The notes under the pieces are model-generated. The model did not search any database. It had not been told where the DNA came from and saw only the letters and a program-made list of their open reading frames with translations. This document shows positions 53,820 to 62,675 of a DNA stretch of 64,000 bases, one piece after another (position 1 is the stretch's first letter; the number at the start of each line of letters is the position of its first letter). Both the position numbers and the translations under genes were made by a program. This DNA comes from a virus (lineage: Duplodnaviria; Caudoviricetes), in IMG/VR virus record IMGVR_UViG_3300010429_001449. The stretch is one strand, 5' to 3'.

Positions 53820-54626
53820 CTAGGCCAGGAACTCCTTGGTCGTGCTGACCTGCATCCCCTTGGCCGTCATATCCTTGATGAACTGCTCCTGCAGATGCTC
53901 GAAGCCGGGAACCGGACTCGTAGCATCAGTCAAAAGCACCAGTTTCTTGACGAAACTGCTGTCGGCGAAGTAGGTATCGGCGTCCCGCGCCGTGTTCGCC
54001 AGACAGTGACTTCCAGCCTCGCCCGCGAGCAGAATCACGTCGGCCTGAATGACTGTGTTGAGGAAGTCCGTGTTCAGACTCGTTGTGTGATCGTCGGGGT
54101 CCGGAACATCAGCCGTAATGGCTGAGTAGTGCTCGGTGTGGTAGTTGGACCCCTTCGTGACGTAATCGACGGCGGCAAATTCCTGCCGCTCCCACTCGCA
54201 CAGCGCGTCGTACAAGGCCGGGAATACGCCGTGACCCCACGAACCGATCAGGCAGTGCGGAGGCCATATGCACAACGGGTACTTGCCGTTGCGCTCCAAC
54301 GTCTCCACGTACTCCTTCGCCCGCTTGCCCCAGCTTGGCCGATACGGAGTCCACACGCCGTCCTTAACGTCTTGGCTCGTGATGATGGTGAACGGAGCCG
54401 GATGCTCGCCGCGCTTGTTGCGCCAATACAACGGATGGGCTACGTGAACAGTGTGGTGGCTGTCCAACGTAACGTGAATATCGTCCACCTTCCCTGAAAG
54501 CCTGCGAATCATCTCGGCCAGACGCTGCATATCGGCGTCTGCGCCCTTGACCGCAAGCGTTCCCTTGGTCTGATCGCAGAAGTCATTCTGCGGATCAATT
54601 ACGACCAGATGCACTTTCTTGGACAT
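53820..54626 (-). CDS. pncA: Nicotinamidase/isochorismatase-family hydrolase
   Basis: IDPQNDF, TLDSH, WPPHC, KG, AGEAGSHCL. Confidence 0.82.
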   Translation of the reverse strand: MSKKVHLVVIDPQNDFCDQTKGTLAVKGADADMQRLAEMIRRLSGKVDDIHVTLDSHHTVHVAHPLYWRNKRGEHPAPFTIITSQDVKDGVWTPYRPSWGKRAKEYVETLERNGKYPLCIWPPHCLIGSWGHGVFPALYDALCEWERQEFAAVDYVTKGSNYHTEHYSAITADVPDPDDHTTSLNTDFLNTVIQADVILLAGEAGSHCLANTARDADTYFADSSFVKKLVLLTDATSPVPGFEHLQEQFIKDMTAKGMQVSTTKEFLA

Positions 54627-54682
54627 TTCTCGTGGCCTCCAAAGCCGGTAAGAACCTTCGCATCAACAACCTGTATGCTCCT

Positions 54683-54710
54683 AGTATAACAGCGGAGCGG
54701 AAATTGTCAA
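54683..54710 (-). promoter_or_regulatory. Promoter of the pncA-vWA operon
   Basis: TTGACA-N16-TATACT. Confidence 0.85.
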
Positions 54711-54776
54711 GTCACTTTCGCACTTTTCCGGAGAAAGTGACGGTGTGACTGCTCCCACGAGTAAACTCGCGGGCTT

Positions 54777-55874
54777 CTAGGCCGAAGCCAAAGTGTGCAA
54801 TCCCACACTTAAGATGTTTCGAGCCGCATTCAAATCTCTTCCCAGAACCAATCCGCAATCTGAACAGCGGAATTCTCGCTCCGCGAGACTCAGCTTGTGA
54901 ATCGCTCCGCAGGAAGAACAAGTCTGGGACGTATAAGCTGGATTCACCTTCACGACTGTCCTTCCGGCACTTTCAGCCTTGAAGCACAGATGCTCAACGA
55001 AGGTTCTCCACGCTACGTCCGCTATCGACTTGCTCAACTTGAACGGCTTGCCATTAACCAACATCTTCTTCGTGTTGAGGTCTTCAACACACAGGACGCC
55101 GTAGGCGTCTACGAGCCTTCGGCTCGTTTGATGACAGAAATCCTTCCGCCTGTTCCCGATTCGCTCGTGAACGAGGGCTGCCGAATGTCTATTCTTGTCA
55201 GAAGGGGTCTTTGACTTCCTTCTCTGAACCTGAGCAAGAGCTTGCTCATCTTGTTTGAAAAACCGAGGGTTCGGAACTGTCTCTCCGGTTGAAAGCGTAG
55301 CAAAACTGGAAACTCCGAGGTCGATTCCGACCGTGTCGTCGTTTTTGGGAAGTTGTTCCGGTTCAACGTCGGAGATGAAAGTAGCGTACCATTTCCCGGT
55401 AGCAGTACGGCTAATCGTCAATCGTTTTACAACGCCTTCGATTTGACGGTGAAGAACAATCGGGATATCCCCGACTTTGGAAAGATGAAGTTTATCCCCT
55501 TCAAGCCGGAATGATCCGTTGTTTTGCGGATGAGTGAATGAGTTGTACCAACCCTTTCCACGGAATCGGGGATAGCCGGGCTTTTCCCCCGCCTTGACAC
55601 GACGGAAGAAAGCTTTGAAAGCAAGATCGAGTCGCATCCCTACTTCCTGGAGCGCCTGTGAATAAACTCCTTTGAGGAACGGTCTCTGTTGCTTGAGTGC
55701 AATAAGGCTGTTGTGTTGCTCGTACAATCCCACTGATTTCTTGTTCTGTTCCCATTCCGTTTTCCGCTGGGCAAGGAAATGGTTGTACAGCCAACGGCAC
55801 TCAGACAGAATGTTCACCATGCGGCTCTGTTGAGCCTTGCTCGGATACAACCGATACCTGAATGCTTTCATCAT
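54777..55874 (-). CDS. tnpB: RNA-guided endonuclease TnpB
   Basis: AFRYRLYP HTH, GIDLG, VEDL, TSQTCSSCG, RDLNAARNI; all three RuvC acidic residues present. Confidence 0.95.
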   Translation of the reverse strand: MMKAFRYRLYPSKAQQSRMVNILSECRWLYNHFLAQRKTEWEQNKKSVGLYEQHNSLIALKQQRPFLKGVYSQALQEVGMRLDLAFKAFFRRVKAGEKPGYPRFRGKGWYNSFTHPQNNGSFRLEGDKLHLSKVGDIPIVLHRQIEGVVKRLTISRTATGKWYATFISDVEPEQLPKNDDTVGIDLGVSSFATLSTGETVPNPRFFKQDEQALAQVQRRKSKTPSDKNRHSAALVHERIGNRRKDFCHQTSRRLVDAYGVLCVEDLNTKKMLVNGKPFKLSKSIADVAWRTFVEHLCFKAESAGRTVVKVNPAYTSQTCSSCGAIHKLSLAEREFRCSDCGLVLGRDLNAARNILSVGLHTLASA

Positions 55875-55881
55875 TATCCTC

Positions 55882-55910
55882 AGTATATCAGGTCTTATTA
55901 TGCGTGTCAA
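55882..55910 (-). promoter_or_regulatory. tnpB promoter (TTGACA-N17-TATACT)
   Basis: The -10 box is 7 nt from the ATG, suggesting a leaderless mRNA. Confidence 0.7.
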
Positions 55911-56004
55911 GCAAAATTGCATAATATTTTTCCTAACTCGCTCTCATCCCATGACTAAAGTCGTGGGCTTTCCCGCTCGTTTCGTAGGCGAGTTGTTTTC
56001 CTGA

Positions 56005-56499
56005 TCATTCGCCATGTTTTGTTTCGACCTCCGAAAAAGTGATTGTGTAAATCCAATCTTCTGCGATGTAAGCCGTTTGCAAGGCGGGTTTTTTGGCGAA
56101 GTCGTAGTAACGGCGTGATCCTTCCGGAGGTCTTCGGCGCGAAATCGTAAGACCGTAACGCGCCGTCAAGTATTCGCCCATCTTCCAATAGACAGGCAGC
56201 GTACCTCCGCCCGGACAGCGGCGGCGGCAACGACATACTCCAACCTTCGTTCGACAAAGGTGTTGCAAAAAACGACCCAATCCGGCGACGCCGGATCGCT
56301 TGAACGGAACAGGAAGATCGAGCGTACTGTAAAGGTGTATCAGCGGACGGTCTATGCGCCTGTTTTCGTCCCCGTAAAGGAGACAGTCACGCTGCAACAG
56401 ACCGATTATGACAAGCTCATCGGGAACGAGCTTGTCTACAACACAACCATTTCGCGCATAACGATGCGGGTAAAAGACAGCGGGCGTAAAATCAGACAT
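56005..56499 (-). CDS. Hypothetical protein
   Basis: ATG at 56499; YGLTISRRR motif. Confidence 0.6.
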   Translation of the reverse strand: MSDFTPAVFYPHRYARNGCVVDKLVPDELVIIGLLQRDCLLYGDENRRIDRPLIHLYSTLDLPVPFKRSGVAGLGRFLQHLCRTKVGVCRCRRRCPGGGTLPVYWKMGEYLTARYGLTISRRRPPEGSRRYYDFAKKPALQTAYIAEDWIYTITFSEVETKHGE

Positions 56500-57121
56500 G
56501 CTCTTTCTCCAAAGACAAAGGCCCACGGGCGGCATCGATTGATCCCCACACCTCGAAGACGCATCCATCGGTATTGCACGTCTCCCCGCCAAGTTTGCCC
56601 GGAAACTTACAGCGGTCAGCGTCGTAGTAAGGACAGGGGCGCGGCCACGCGCCTATGCCGCCCAAGACACGACAAAGTGTATCCCGAGTTTCTCGGTGCA
56701 AATGCGGCGTGATCTCAGGCAGATTCTTGCGGAGCCATGTCCAGTCGTGGAGATTGTCCCATTTCCCGGTATAAGCGCGACCCGCGCCCATCCAATCGGC
56801 AACCATCTCTCGGACAGCCCACTCAGGCATCGGAACAGGCTCGCCGTCAGGATAGGGCGGAGTACAACGGTTGTGCCCGGTACGAGGAATCCAGTACTCC
56901 CAGTGGTGCGGATTGTGGTTCTGATGCCGAACCCAACAACGGATAAAGCCGAGAGGGTCGTCGGCCTTTCCGAAGAATTGCCGCTGGTAGTGCGGAAGCT
57001 CCATCGGGGTCAGCTTCGACAGATCGTGGAGCAGCAATCGCCAGAACGGGATGCCGCCGACCTTCAGCCCGGCGAGAAGAACGAACCATTTGTGTTTGAG
57101 CGTCAACCAGAAATATTTCAC
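56492..57121 (-). CDS. HD-like protein (DUF5662-like)
   Basis: HKW.V...HDLSK...H...N.HHWEYW...MP....EMVADW. Confidence 0.8.
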   Translation of the reverse strand: MKYFWLTLKHKWFVLLAGLKVGGIPFWRLLLHDLSKLTPMELPHYQRQFFGKADDPLGFIRCWVRHQNHNPHHWEYWIPRTGHNRCTPPYPDGEPVPMPEWAVREMVADWMGAGRAYTGKWDNLHDWTWLRKNLPEITPHLHRETRDTLCRVLGGIGAWPRPCPYYDADRCKFPGKLGGETCNTDGCVFEVWGSIDAARGPLSLEKEHV

Positions 57122-57142
57122 GGCAAGGCTCCTTTCCGCCTG

Positions 57143-57736
57143 TTACCGCGCACAAGCAAATCGAGCTTCTCTGCGCTGCTCCCTACGGCAAAAAGCCTCG
57201 CCCCAGCACATCTGGAAATCCGTGCGACGACCGTACTTGCGCTTCAGACGGGACATTCCCGGAAGATTGTCGACGCACAAGTTGTCCCAGATGTCGTGAT
57301 AGACGGCGTTGTAACGAACGCCCTTCGGCGGCTGCCATTCGTAAGCGTCGCCGTGAATGATCGTCAGCCTGTCGCCGAACATGGCTTCGTAGTGCGCCCG
57401 AACGAGCCGGAGTACGTCCTCGGACTTCTCGATGACGGTGATATGTCCGACCTCCGGCCTGTTTCCGAGCCGCTGGACAAGCAAGCCGAGACCTAGGCCG
57501 TTGATAAGGACGTTCCCTTTAGCCCGCCAGACAAACGGAGAAAGGTCTCTGGCCTCCGCAGGAGTGTCGGACATAATTACGTGCCCGCGCCGAGTCAGAC
57601 GGGTATATTCGCCAGGCGGAACGCAGCGGCCTCGATACGAAAAGACGGAAAAGAACGAGTCATCCCTAGAGACTGTGAACCGTTCTACGACCCAGTCGCC
57701 GCTGACACCTACAGGAACAGTTACCTTTTCCGACAT
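57143..57736 (-). CDS. SAM-dependent methyltransferase (spermidine-synthase-like fold)
   Basis: MSDT..E, VLINGLGLG, TVIE, GDA, DIW. Confidence 0.82.
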   Translation of the reverse strand: MSEKVTVPVGVSGDWVVERFTVSRDDSFFSVFSYRGRCVPPGEYTRLTRRGHVIMSDTPAEARDLSPFVWRAKGNVLINGLGLGLLVQRLGNRPEVGHITVIEKSEDVLRLVRAHYEAMFGDRLTIIHGDAYEWQPPKGVRYNAVYHDIWDNLCVDNLPGMSRLKRKYGRRTDFQMCWGEAFCRREQRREARFACAR

Positions 57737-57747
57737 GATCAATCCTT

Positions 57748-58218
57748 TCAATCATCTGCAGAGATGCCGCCGCTGAACTTTTTCGGCTCAGGCACAGCAG
57801 CAATGTCCCGCCATGTTCTGCTCAAGTACGAATGCTCTAACCGACGATGCTTCGGCGCAGGAGGTCTCCAAAGCTGTCGTCCGTCTTTGCCCACGACATC
57901 AATTACGAAAGAGCCGCGAGAGAAATAGTCCCATACCCATTCCTCGGCGGCATCCCGCGCTTCCGCAAGCGTTGGGTGAGACGGCGGCCACGGGCACGCA
58001 GTAGGCGTCGTAGCCAATTCCCATCTGCGATCCTGACGGTGGCGGCGCAGTTCAACCACTACAACCGGTTTCCCCGCGCTATCCACGATGCCGTACTCCC
58101 AACCAGACGGACAAAGATGCGCGTAGCTATGCGGAGCCGCATCGCTACCAATACGCTTGCGCCGCCACGGGAGTAGTTTCAGCGTGAGCTTGTATGGGTT
58201 TTGATAGCGGTCACTCAT
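57748..58218 (-). CDS. Hypothetical protein
   Basis: AGGAG RBS, 156 aa. Confidence 0.62.
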   Translation of the reverse strand: MSDRYQNPYKLTLKLLPWRRKRIGSDAAPHSYAHLCPSGWEYGIVDSAGKPVVVVELRRHRQDRRWELATTPTACPWPPSHPTLAEARDAAEEWVWDYFSRGSFVIDVVGKDGRQLWRPPAPKHRRLEHSYLSRTWRDIAAVPEPKKFSGGISADD

Positions 58219-58234
58219 TTACGCAGTCTCCTGT

Positions 58235-59584
58235 CTAGTAAAGCTCTCCTCGCATCTGAAGGGTCACGTCAATGAGCCGCTCCAGAAGGAAATTCTGGAA
58301 CGAGCGCGTCTTGTCCGTCGCGTGAGAGAGGCCGTGGCCGTACTCTTCCGCCAACGTTTCTGCCACTTCACGGACGCCCTTCGGGAAAACGCTCTTGCTG
58401 AGGCCAACAACCTTCAACGACTCGAAGTAACGGCCCAGCGTGAGATCGTCCTTCTCCCTGTAAATGCGAACCGGGAATCGATCCACGGTGTCCTGACCCA
58501 GTGCCGTCGCGCAAATGGCCTTGGCGACTTCAACGACCTGTCGCTCGCGCTCCGTCCATTCGGATTCTTCGATGAAACGGATGCCTTCGCAGGCGTGCTC
58601 GCCGACGACCTCTTCTACCGTCGGAACGCCCGCCTTTTTCAAAGCGGTGCGCCACTTGTCGGAACGGACAACGACCGGCTTCTTCCGAACTTCAAGCGCG
58701 GACTCCACCGCGTTGTTGTTGTCCATACAGATGACGGCTTCCTCGCCGTATCGCTTGTGGAACGCCTTCGTCCACGCAGCGTCCATCGAGTACCACGACC
58801 AGTCCAAGTCGCCCTCGGCCTTCCCTTCAAACGCGCCGTCCATAAGCAGGCCAAGCAACTGTTCGGCAGTCGCCTCGTCGGTCTGAGCGAAAACATAACG
58901 AATCTGATGGCGAACCTCCCACGTGTCCGCCGTGCGCGTTTCGCTGAGGCGGAGATTGTACAGGTCGTAATTGAAGTAAAGGTCGTCCATCTCCTGCACG
59001 AATACGCCGCGCCGATAGACGCGCCCTTTGCCCTCGGCCTTACCAAGAATCCGCCCCTGCGAAGAATCGGAAGGATCGTAGGGACGGAAGTAGTCGCCAA
59101 GATTCTTGACGATCTTGACAAGATCGGGAGACGCCGTAATCCAGAAACGAGTCGTGCCGGGCACGCCGGTCGGCTTGTCATGCACGATGGCGATGCCCGC
59201 CCCACCCTCGTCAAGGGCGTTGGCGTAGAACTCGCGGATGATGAACCACGGATTTGTCCAGTGCTGTGCGCCAAACTGATCCGTCAGGCTCAGGCGTACC
59301 AGCTTCGGCGGCTTGCCGGGAACCTTCGCGCTGTACGCAATCCTGTTGAAGTCGCCGCGCTCGGTCTTCTCCACGACCGTCTTGAACTCGAAAGAGCTTT
59401 CGCCAGAGAAAGCAACGACCTGCAGCCCCAAACGCATCGCCTGCGCCAGAGCATAGTCGCTGCCGGACCCGAAGACGCCAATCTTGCCGTCCTCGCCTGT
59501 CTTCGAGGTCGCGCCAATCATCTCCAACAGCCGAACGTCAACTTCACCTGCGTTTTCGATCCTAATCCATTTGCCGTTGCGCAT
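58235..59584 (-). CDS. GHKL-type ATPase-like protein with C-terminal zincin-like motif
   Basis: GATSK....IG.FGSG, REFYANALDE, LAEEYGH. Confidence 0.7.
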   Translation of the reverse strand: MRNGKWIRIENAGEVDVRLLEMIGATSKTGEDGKIGVFGSGSDYALAQAMRLGLQVVAFSGESSFEFKTVVEKTERGDFNRIAYSAKVPGKPPKLVRLSLTDQFGAQHWTNPWFIIREFYANALDEGGAGIAIVHDKPTGVPGTTRFWITASPDLVKIVKNLGDYFRPYDPSDSSQGRILGKAEGKGRVYRRGVFVQEMDDLYFNYDLYNLRLSETRTADTWEVRHQIRYVFAQTDEATAEQLLGLLMDGAFEGKAEGDLDWSWYSMDAAWTKAFHKRYGEEAVICMDNNNAVESALEVRKKPVVVRSDKWRTALKKAGVPTVEEVVGEHACEGIRFIEESEWTERERQVVEVAKAICATALGQDTVDRFPVRIYREKDDLTLGRYFESLKVVGLSKSVFPKGVREVAETLAEEYGHGLSHATDKTRSFQNFLLERLIDVTLQMRGELY

Positions 59585-59625
59585 CTTTGTGTCTCCAAAA
59601 AGGTTGTTTGTCTGTCCACACTTCT

Positions 59626-59653
59626 ATTATAACAGCGGTGGCCGTTATGTCAA
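59626..59653 (-). promoter_or_regulatory. Conserved phage promoter
   Basis: TTGACA-N16-TATAAT. Confidence 0.85.
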
Positions 59654-59673
59654 GTGTTTTTCCTGAAAAATAA

Positions 59674-60273
59674 CTAACCGTGGAGAAAATGCTTCCACGT
59701 CCCGTATTTCGGGTTTTCAGGTTTGATGTTGACCAGGGGCGTGATTCGTGGGGCCACAGGACGGCGCAGGAGCTTCATAGAAGCCTCCAATGGTGTTCTA
59801 CCACCTTTGCGCTTGTTGCAGTCCGTACAGGCCGTCACAATGTTCTTCCAAGCGGTTCTGCCGCCCTGACTACGGGGCATTACATGATCTATGCTCAAGT
59901 CTTGCGAGGGAAACCGCTGACCGCAGTAGCAACATACGTTGCCGTCCCGCGCCAATACGTTGCGCCGATTGAACCGAGCGCCCTGCGCCGGAAGCTTGTC
60001 ATACGTCAGGAGACGGATGACCTTCGGAACCTCAATACTCTGAGACACCCCCAGCACCCACTCGGAATCCGAATGCTCTCCATGATCAACGCGCCGCTGA
60101 GATTCATCCCTCCACGCCGGGAAGACATAGTTGGAGAAATGACCCTCATCAACGGAAACAACTTCGGCGACTTCCTTGACCAACAAACAGAACGCCTTCC
60201 GCGCCGAAATCAAATGAATCGCGGTGTAGAACTTGTTCAAAACCAGAACGCTTGTTTCCAGCACGCTCATCAA
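59674..60273 (-). CDS. HNH endonuclease (McrA-like)
   Basis: VLVLN, RRNVLARD..CCYCG, IDHVMPRS.GG...W.N...C..CN..K. Confidence 0.92.
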   Translation of the reverse strand: MMSVLETSVLVLNKFYTAIHLISARKAFCLLVKEVAEVVSVDEGHFSNYVFPAWRDESQRRVDHGEHSDSEWVLGVSQSIEVPKVIRLLTYDKLPAQGARFNRRNVLARDGNVCCYCGQRFPSQDLSIDHVMPRSQGGRTAWKNIVTACTDCNKRKGGRTPLEASMKLLRRPVAPRITPLVNIKPENPKYGTWKHFLHG

Positions 60274-60306
60274 GAAACTCCTCTCTTGAAAACCTCACCT
60301 ACCCCT

Positions 60307-60334
60307 ATTATAACAGCAAGAGAGGAATTGTCAA
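60307..60334 (-). promoter_or_regulatory. Conserved phage promoter
   Basis: TTGACA-N16-TATAAT. Confidence 0.85.
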
Positions 60335-60354
60335 GGTGAATATCGAGCGTATTT

Positions 60355-60645
60355 TCATCGCCCGCGCAGCATAGCCATAATCTCGATCAGAGGATCGAGC
60401 TTTTTCGTAGCGGCTTTTCGATCTTTAGCGTTCGTAGAGAAGGAATCGCAGGATTCGATCCAGATAGGGTCGAAGTTAAGGGGCCAGTTGCACCAGCCCT
60501 TCTGGACGCCCCACGAGGAACATCCAACAACGGCCTTGTCCCAGCAGTTGCATCGCTTGTGGCAGTCGCCGGGAATGTCTCGGAGATGCGCACAATGTCC
60601 GTTCTGATAACACGGAGACGACGGAGACGGAACTTTCTTAGACAC
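60355..60645 (-). CDS. Hypothetical Cys-rich protein
   Basis: GW..WP.NFDP.W...C motif. Confidence 0.65.
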   Translation of the reverse strand: MSKKVPSPSSPCYQNGHCAHLRDIPGDCHKRCNCWDKAVVGCSSWGVQKGWCNWPLNFDPIWIESCDSFSTNAKDRKAATKKLDPLIEIMAMLRGR

Positions 60646-61042
60646 GTTCGGCCCCTTTCGCGTCCTCGATCAGAGTCTCGAACTGAACAATGATGTTCTT
60701 GTCAAATGGCTTTGGAATAAATCCGGCTGCGCCGAGTTTATCTACGGCGGAAAAGACCCACTGTCCAGACATGACGACAATCGGAATTGAACGCGCCACA
60801 GCCTCCCGCACCAAAGCCGCGCCGCTGACTTCAGACGCAAGACACCCTGGCACGGACGGGAAATTCCAGTCGGAAAGAACAGCGTCGAACGGCTCTTTCT
60901 CCAACGAAGCAAGCGCGGCCTTAAAATCAGAGACCGCAACGACACGATAACCGGCCTTCTCGAAGGCGTTGCTCAGATCGGCGAGAAGCCACGAGTCGTC
61001 TTCGACGATCAGCATGACCTTTTTTTGTGCGGAATCACGCAT
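60638..61042 (-). CDS. Single-domain response regulator (receiver)
   Basis: LIVEDD, AVLSD, VMSG, FIPKPF. Confidence 0.88.
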   Translation of the reverse strand: MRDSAQKKVMLIVEDDSWLLADLSNAFEKAGYRVVAVSDFKAALASLEKEPFDAVLSDWNFPSVPGCLASEVSGAALVREAVARSIPIVVMSGQWVFSAVDKLGAAGFIPKPFDKNIIVQFETLIEDAKGAERV

Positions 61043-61064
61043 GACAAATCTCCTGAAAAGAGGG

Positions 61065-61439
61065 TTAGGGACTCTCAGCGGGACGTTCTGAACGACGCAT
61101 AACCAGCAAGAACTTCGAGGACGCGGGCGTGGTCTGCACAATGGGCATTGGTTGCGAATTGACATAAATAACCGTTACCTGTGTCCCCGGACTGCCCGTG
61201 TCCACCGTCACCTTGTCCAGAACATATCCGTCCTCCGACCACTTCTTCTGAACAGCACGCACGTGCTCCAACGAGTAAAGTACGGCGCTTCTGACCGCGC
61301 CGCAGCTTTTGTCGTTCATTGCCACGTCGTAAGCGCGACGCGGGATGACTACAATGGACGCGATCATCACGCCGATGATTACCACAATGGACACAACAAC
61401 CAGAATTTCGATGAGTGTGACACCTTTTGGTTTGTACAT
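61065..61439 (-). CDS. Prepilin-type N-terminal cleavage/methylation motif protein
   Basis: KG|VTLIEILVVVSIVVII. Confidence 0.75.
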   Translation of the reverse strand: MYKPKGVTLIEILVVVSIVVIIGVMIASIVVIPRRAYDVAMNDKSCGAVRSAVLYSLEHVRAVQKKWSEDGYVLDKVTVDTGSPGTQVTVIYVNSQPMPIVQTTPASSKFLLVMRRSERPAESP

Positions 61440-61450
61440 GACAGTCTCCG

Positions 61451-61765
61451 TTATGCGTTGCCCTTCCGCTCTTCGGGAGTCATCAAAGATACCTCCCGCA
61501 CAAGCGTCTCGAACACCTTTCGAGAAGGAAACGCGCCGGTCATAGCGCATCCGACACAGACGTTACACAAAATCATAGCGTCTGCGTCCGGAAGAAATGC
61601 CATTTTGAACTCTTCGGTTGAGCAGCGCGGCGAAATCCAGAAACCGTCCTTTTCCGGCGCGTGACTCAACTCAAAACCATCGCCTTCGCCGTCCGTGTAC
61701 ACAACACTCGGCGGCAAACCATCGTGCGCATCCTTGTAGGTCCAACTCATCGGAGTCTCCTTCAA
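61451..61765 (-). CDS. Hypothetical protein
   Basis: ORF in operon. Confidence 0.58.
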   Translation of the reverse strand: MKETPMSWTYKDAHDGLPPSVVYTDGEGDGFELSHAPEKDGFWISPRCSTEEFKMAFLPDADAMILCNVCVGCAMTGAFPSRKVFETLVREVSLMTPEERKGNA

Positions 61766-61792
61766 GATGAGTCTCTTGGCTAGAGACTTGAA

Positions 61793-62011
61793 TCAGAGTG
61801 GCATCACTCCGTAGTAAACGCAAACGGGCGCGTCGTCTGAGCAGACCTTTTCTACGCGCTGAATAGGGCCAAGAAGCAAGGCAGGATCGCCACTCCCGGC
61901 ATCCTCCATAACCCGTCTTTCCAGAAGACGAACAGCTTCCTGTTCGTCGTTTGCCAAACAGACAGCGACGCCTTCTGCGTCCTCACCGAAAGTGATTTTG
62001 TACAGAGTCAT
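61793..62011 (-). CDS. Hypothetical protein
   Basis: Coupled ORF. Confidence 0.58.
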   Translation of the reverse strand: MTLYKITFGEDAEGVAVCLANDEQEAVRLLERRVMEDAGSGDPALLLGPIQRVEKVCSDDAPVCVYYGVMPL

Positions 62012-62376
62012 TCTGACGATCCTTTCTCTGAACCCGAAAGTGCCTTAAACGCCTCTCGGAGCACCTGGCGGCGGCGAGGAACAATGCCGTTCGAGTCGCA
62101 CTGAGGGCATCTTCCGCAAGGGCCGTAGTCATGGCACGTACAAGGCAGCGAGACCACGTCGAAATAGTCTTCCACAGCCTTCTGCAACGCCGCCAGCTTC
62201 TGAAGTTCGTTAGAAGACGGAATACGGACATACTCCGCGACACGATCCTCTACATCGGAAGTGGGCCGCATCTTTCCATCACAACCACGCAGCATCAAAA
62301 CGTGCGCGACCAAGTCCCCGCCGGGCAGCCCTACGACGTAGTAGTAACCGTCTTCCGTAATATCCTTAAATCTCAT
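62008..62376 (-). CDS. Hypothetical protein
   Basis: Coupled ORF. Confidence 0.6.
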   Translation of the reverse strand: MRFKDITEDGYYYVVGLPGGDLVAHVLMLRGCDGKMRPTSDVEDRVAEYVRIPSSNELQKLAALQKAVEDYFDVVSLPCTCHDYGPCGRCPQCDSNGIVPRRRQVLREAFKALSGSEKGSSE

Positions 62377-62606
62377 TTCGCGTACTCCTCAAACGGTTTA
62401 AGGGCTTTGCGCAGCACAGCCGCGTCATCGTCGTGCATCGCCCACGCGTACGTATAAAGAGCTTCGTCCGCCGCCTTGACCAGCGCAACAAAAGCAGCAC
62501 GGTCAACAACGACGGATTCAACGCCCTTCCGCTGTTCGCAGGCGCGACACACAAAGCCTACGTCGCCAGTACCCATCTCGCGCCCACAAGAAGTGCAGTT
62601 ACTCAT
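62373..62606 (-). CDS. Hypothetical protein
   Basis: First ORF after promoter 62632. Confidence 0.6.
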   Translation of the reverse strand: MSNCTSCGREMGTGDVGFVCRACEQRKGVESVVVDRAAFVALVKAADEALYTYAWAMHDDDAAVLRKALKPFEEYAK

Positions 62607-62631
62607 TACGGCATCCTTCCTTCCTGCTCTT

Positions 62632-62659
62632 AGTATAACAGCGGGATAACTATTGTCAA
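62632..62659 (-). promoter_or_regulatory. Conserved phage promoter
   Basis: TTGACA-N16-TATACT. Confidence 0.85.
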
Positions 62660-62675
62660 GAGGATTTCTGAGAAA

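Larger units (their letters stand above)
54745..55985 (-). mobile_element. tnpB-only IS200/IS605-family element (left boundary approximate)
   Basis: Left hairpin CCCACGACTTTAGTCATGGG near 55948-55969; right end GAAGCCCGCGAGTTTACTCGTGGGAGCAGTCAC; no tnpA. Confidence 0.8.

Noticed and set aside
54777-55874. Cas12f or catalytically dead TldR
   Set aside because: IS-type terminal hairpins are present, there is no CRISPR array, and the RuvC acidic residues are intact.
59674-61439. Host assignment to Planctomycetota/PVC from the style of the HNH, CCA and prepilin proteins
   Set aside because: Impression only; it needs phylogenetic searches that were not run.
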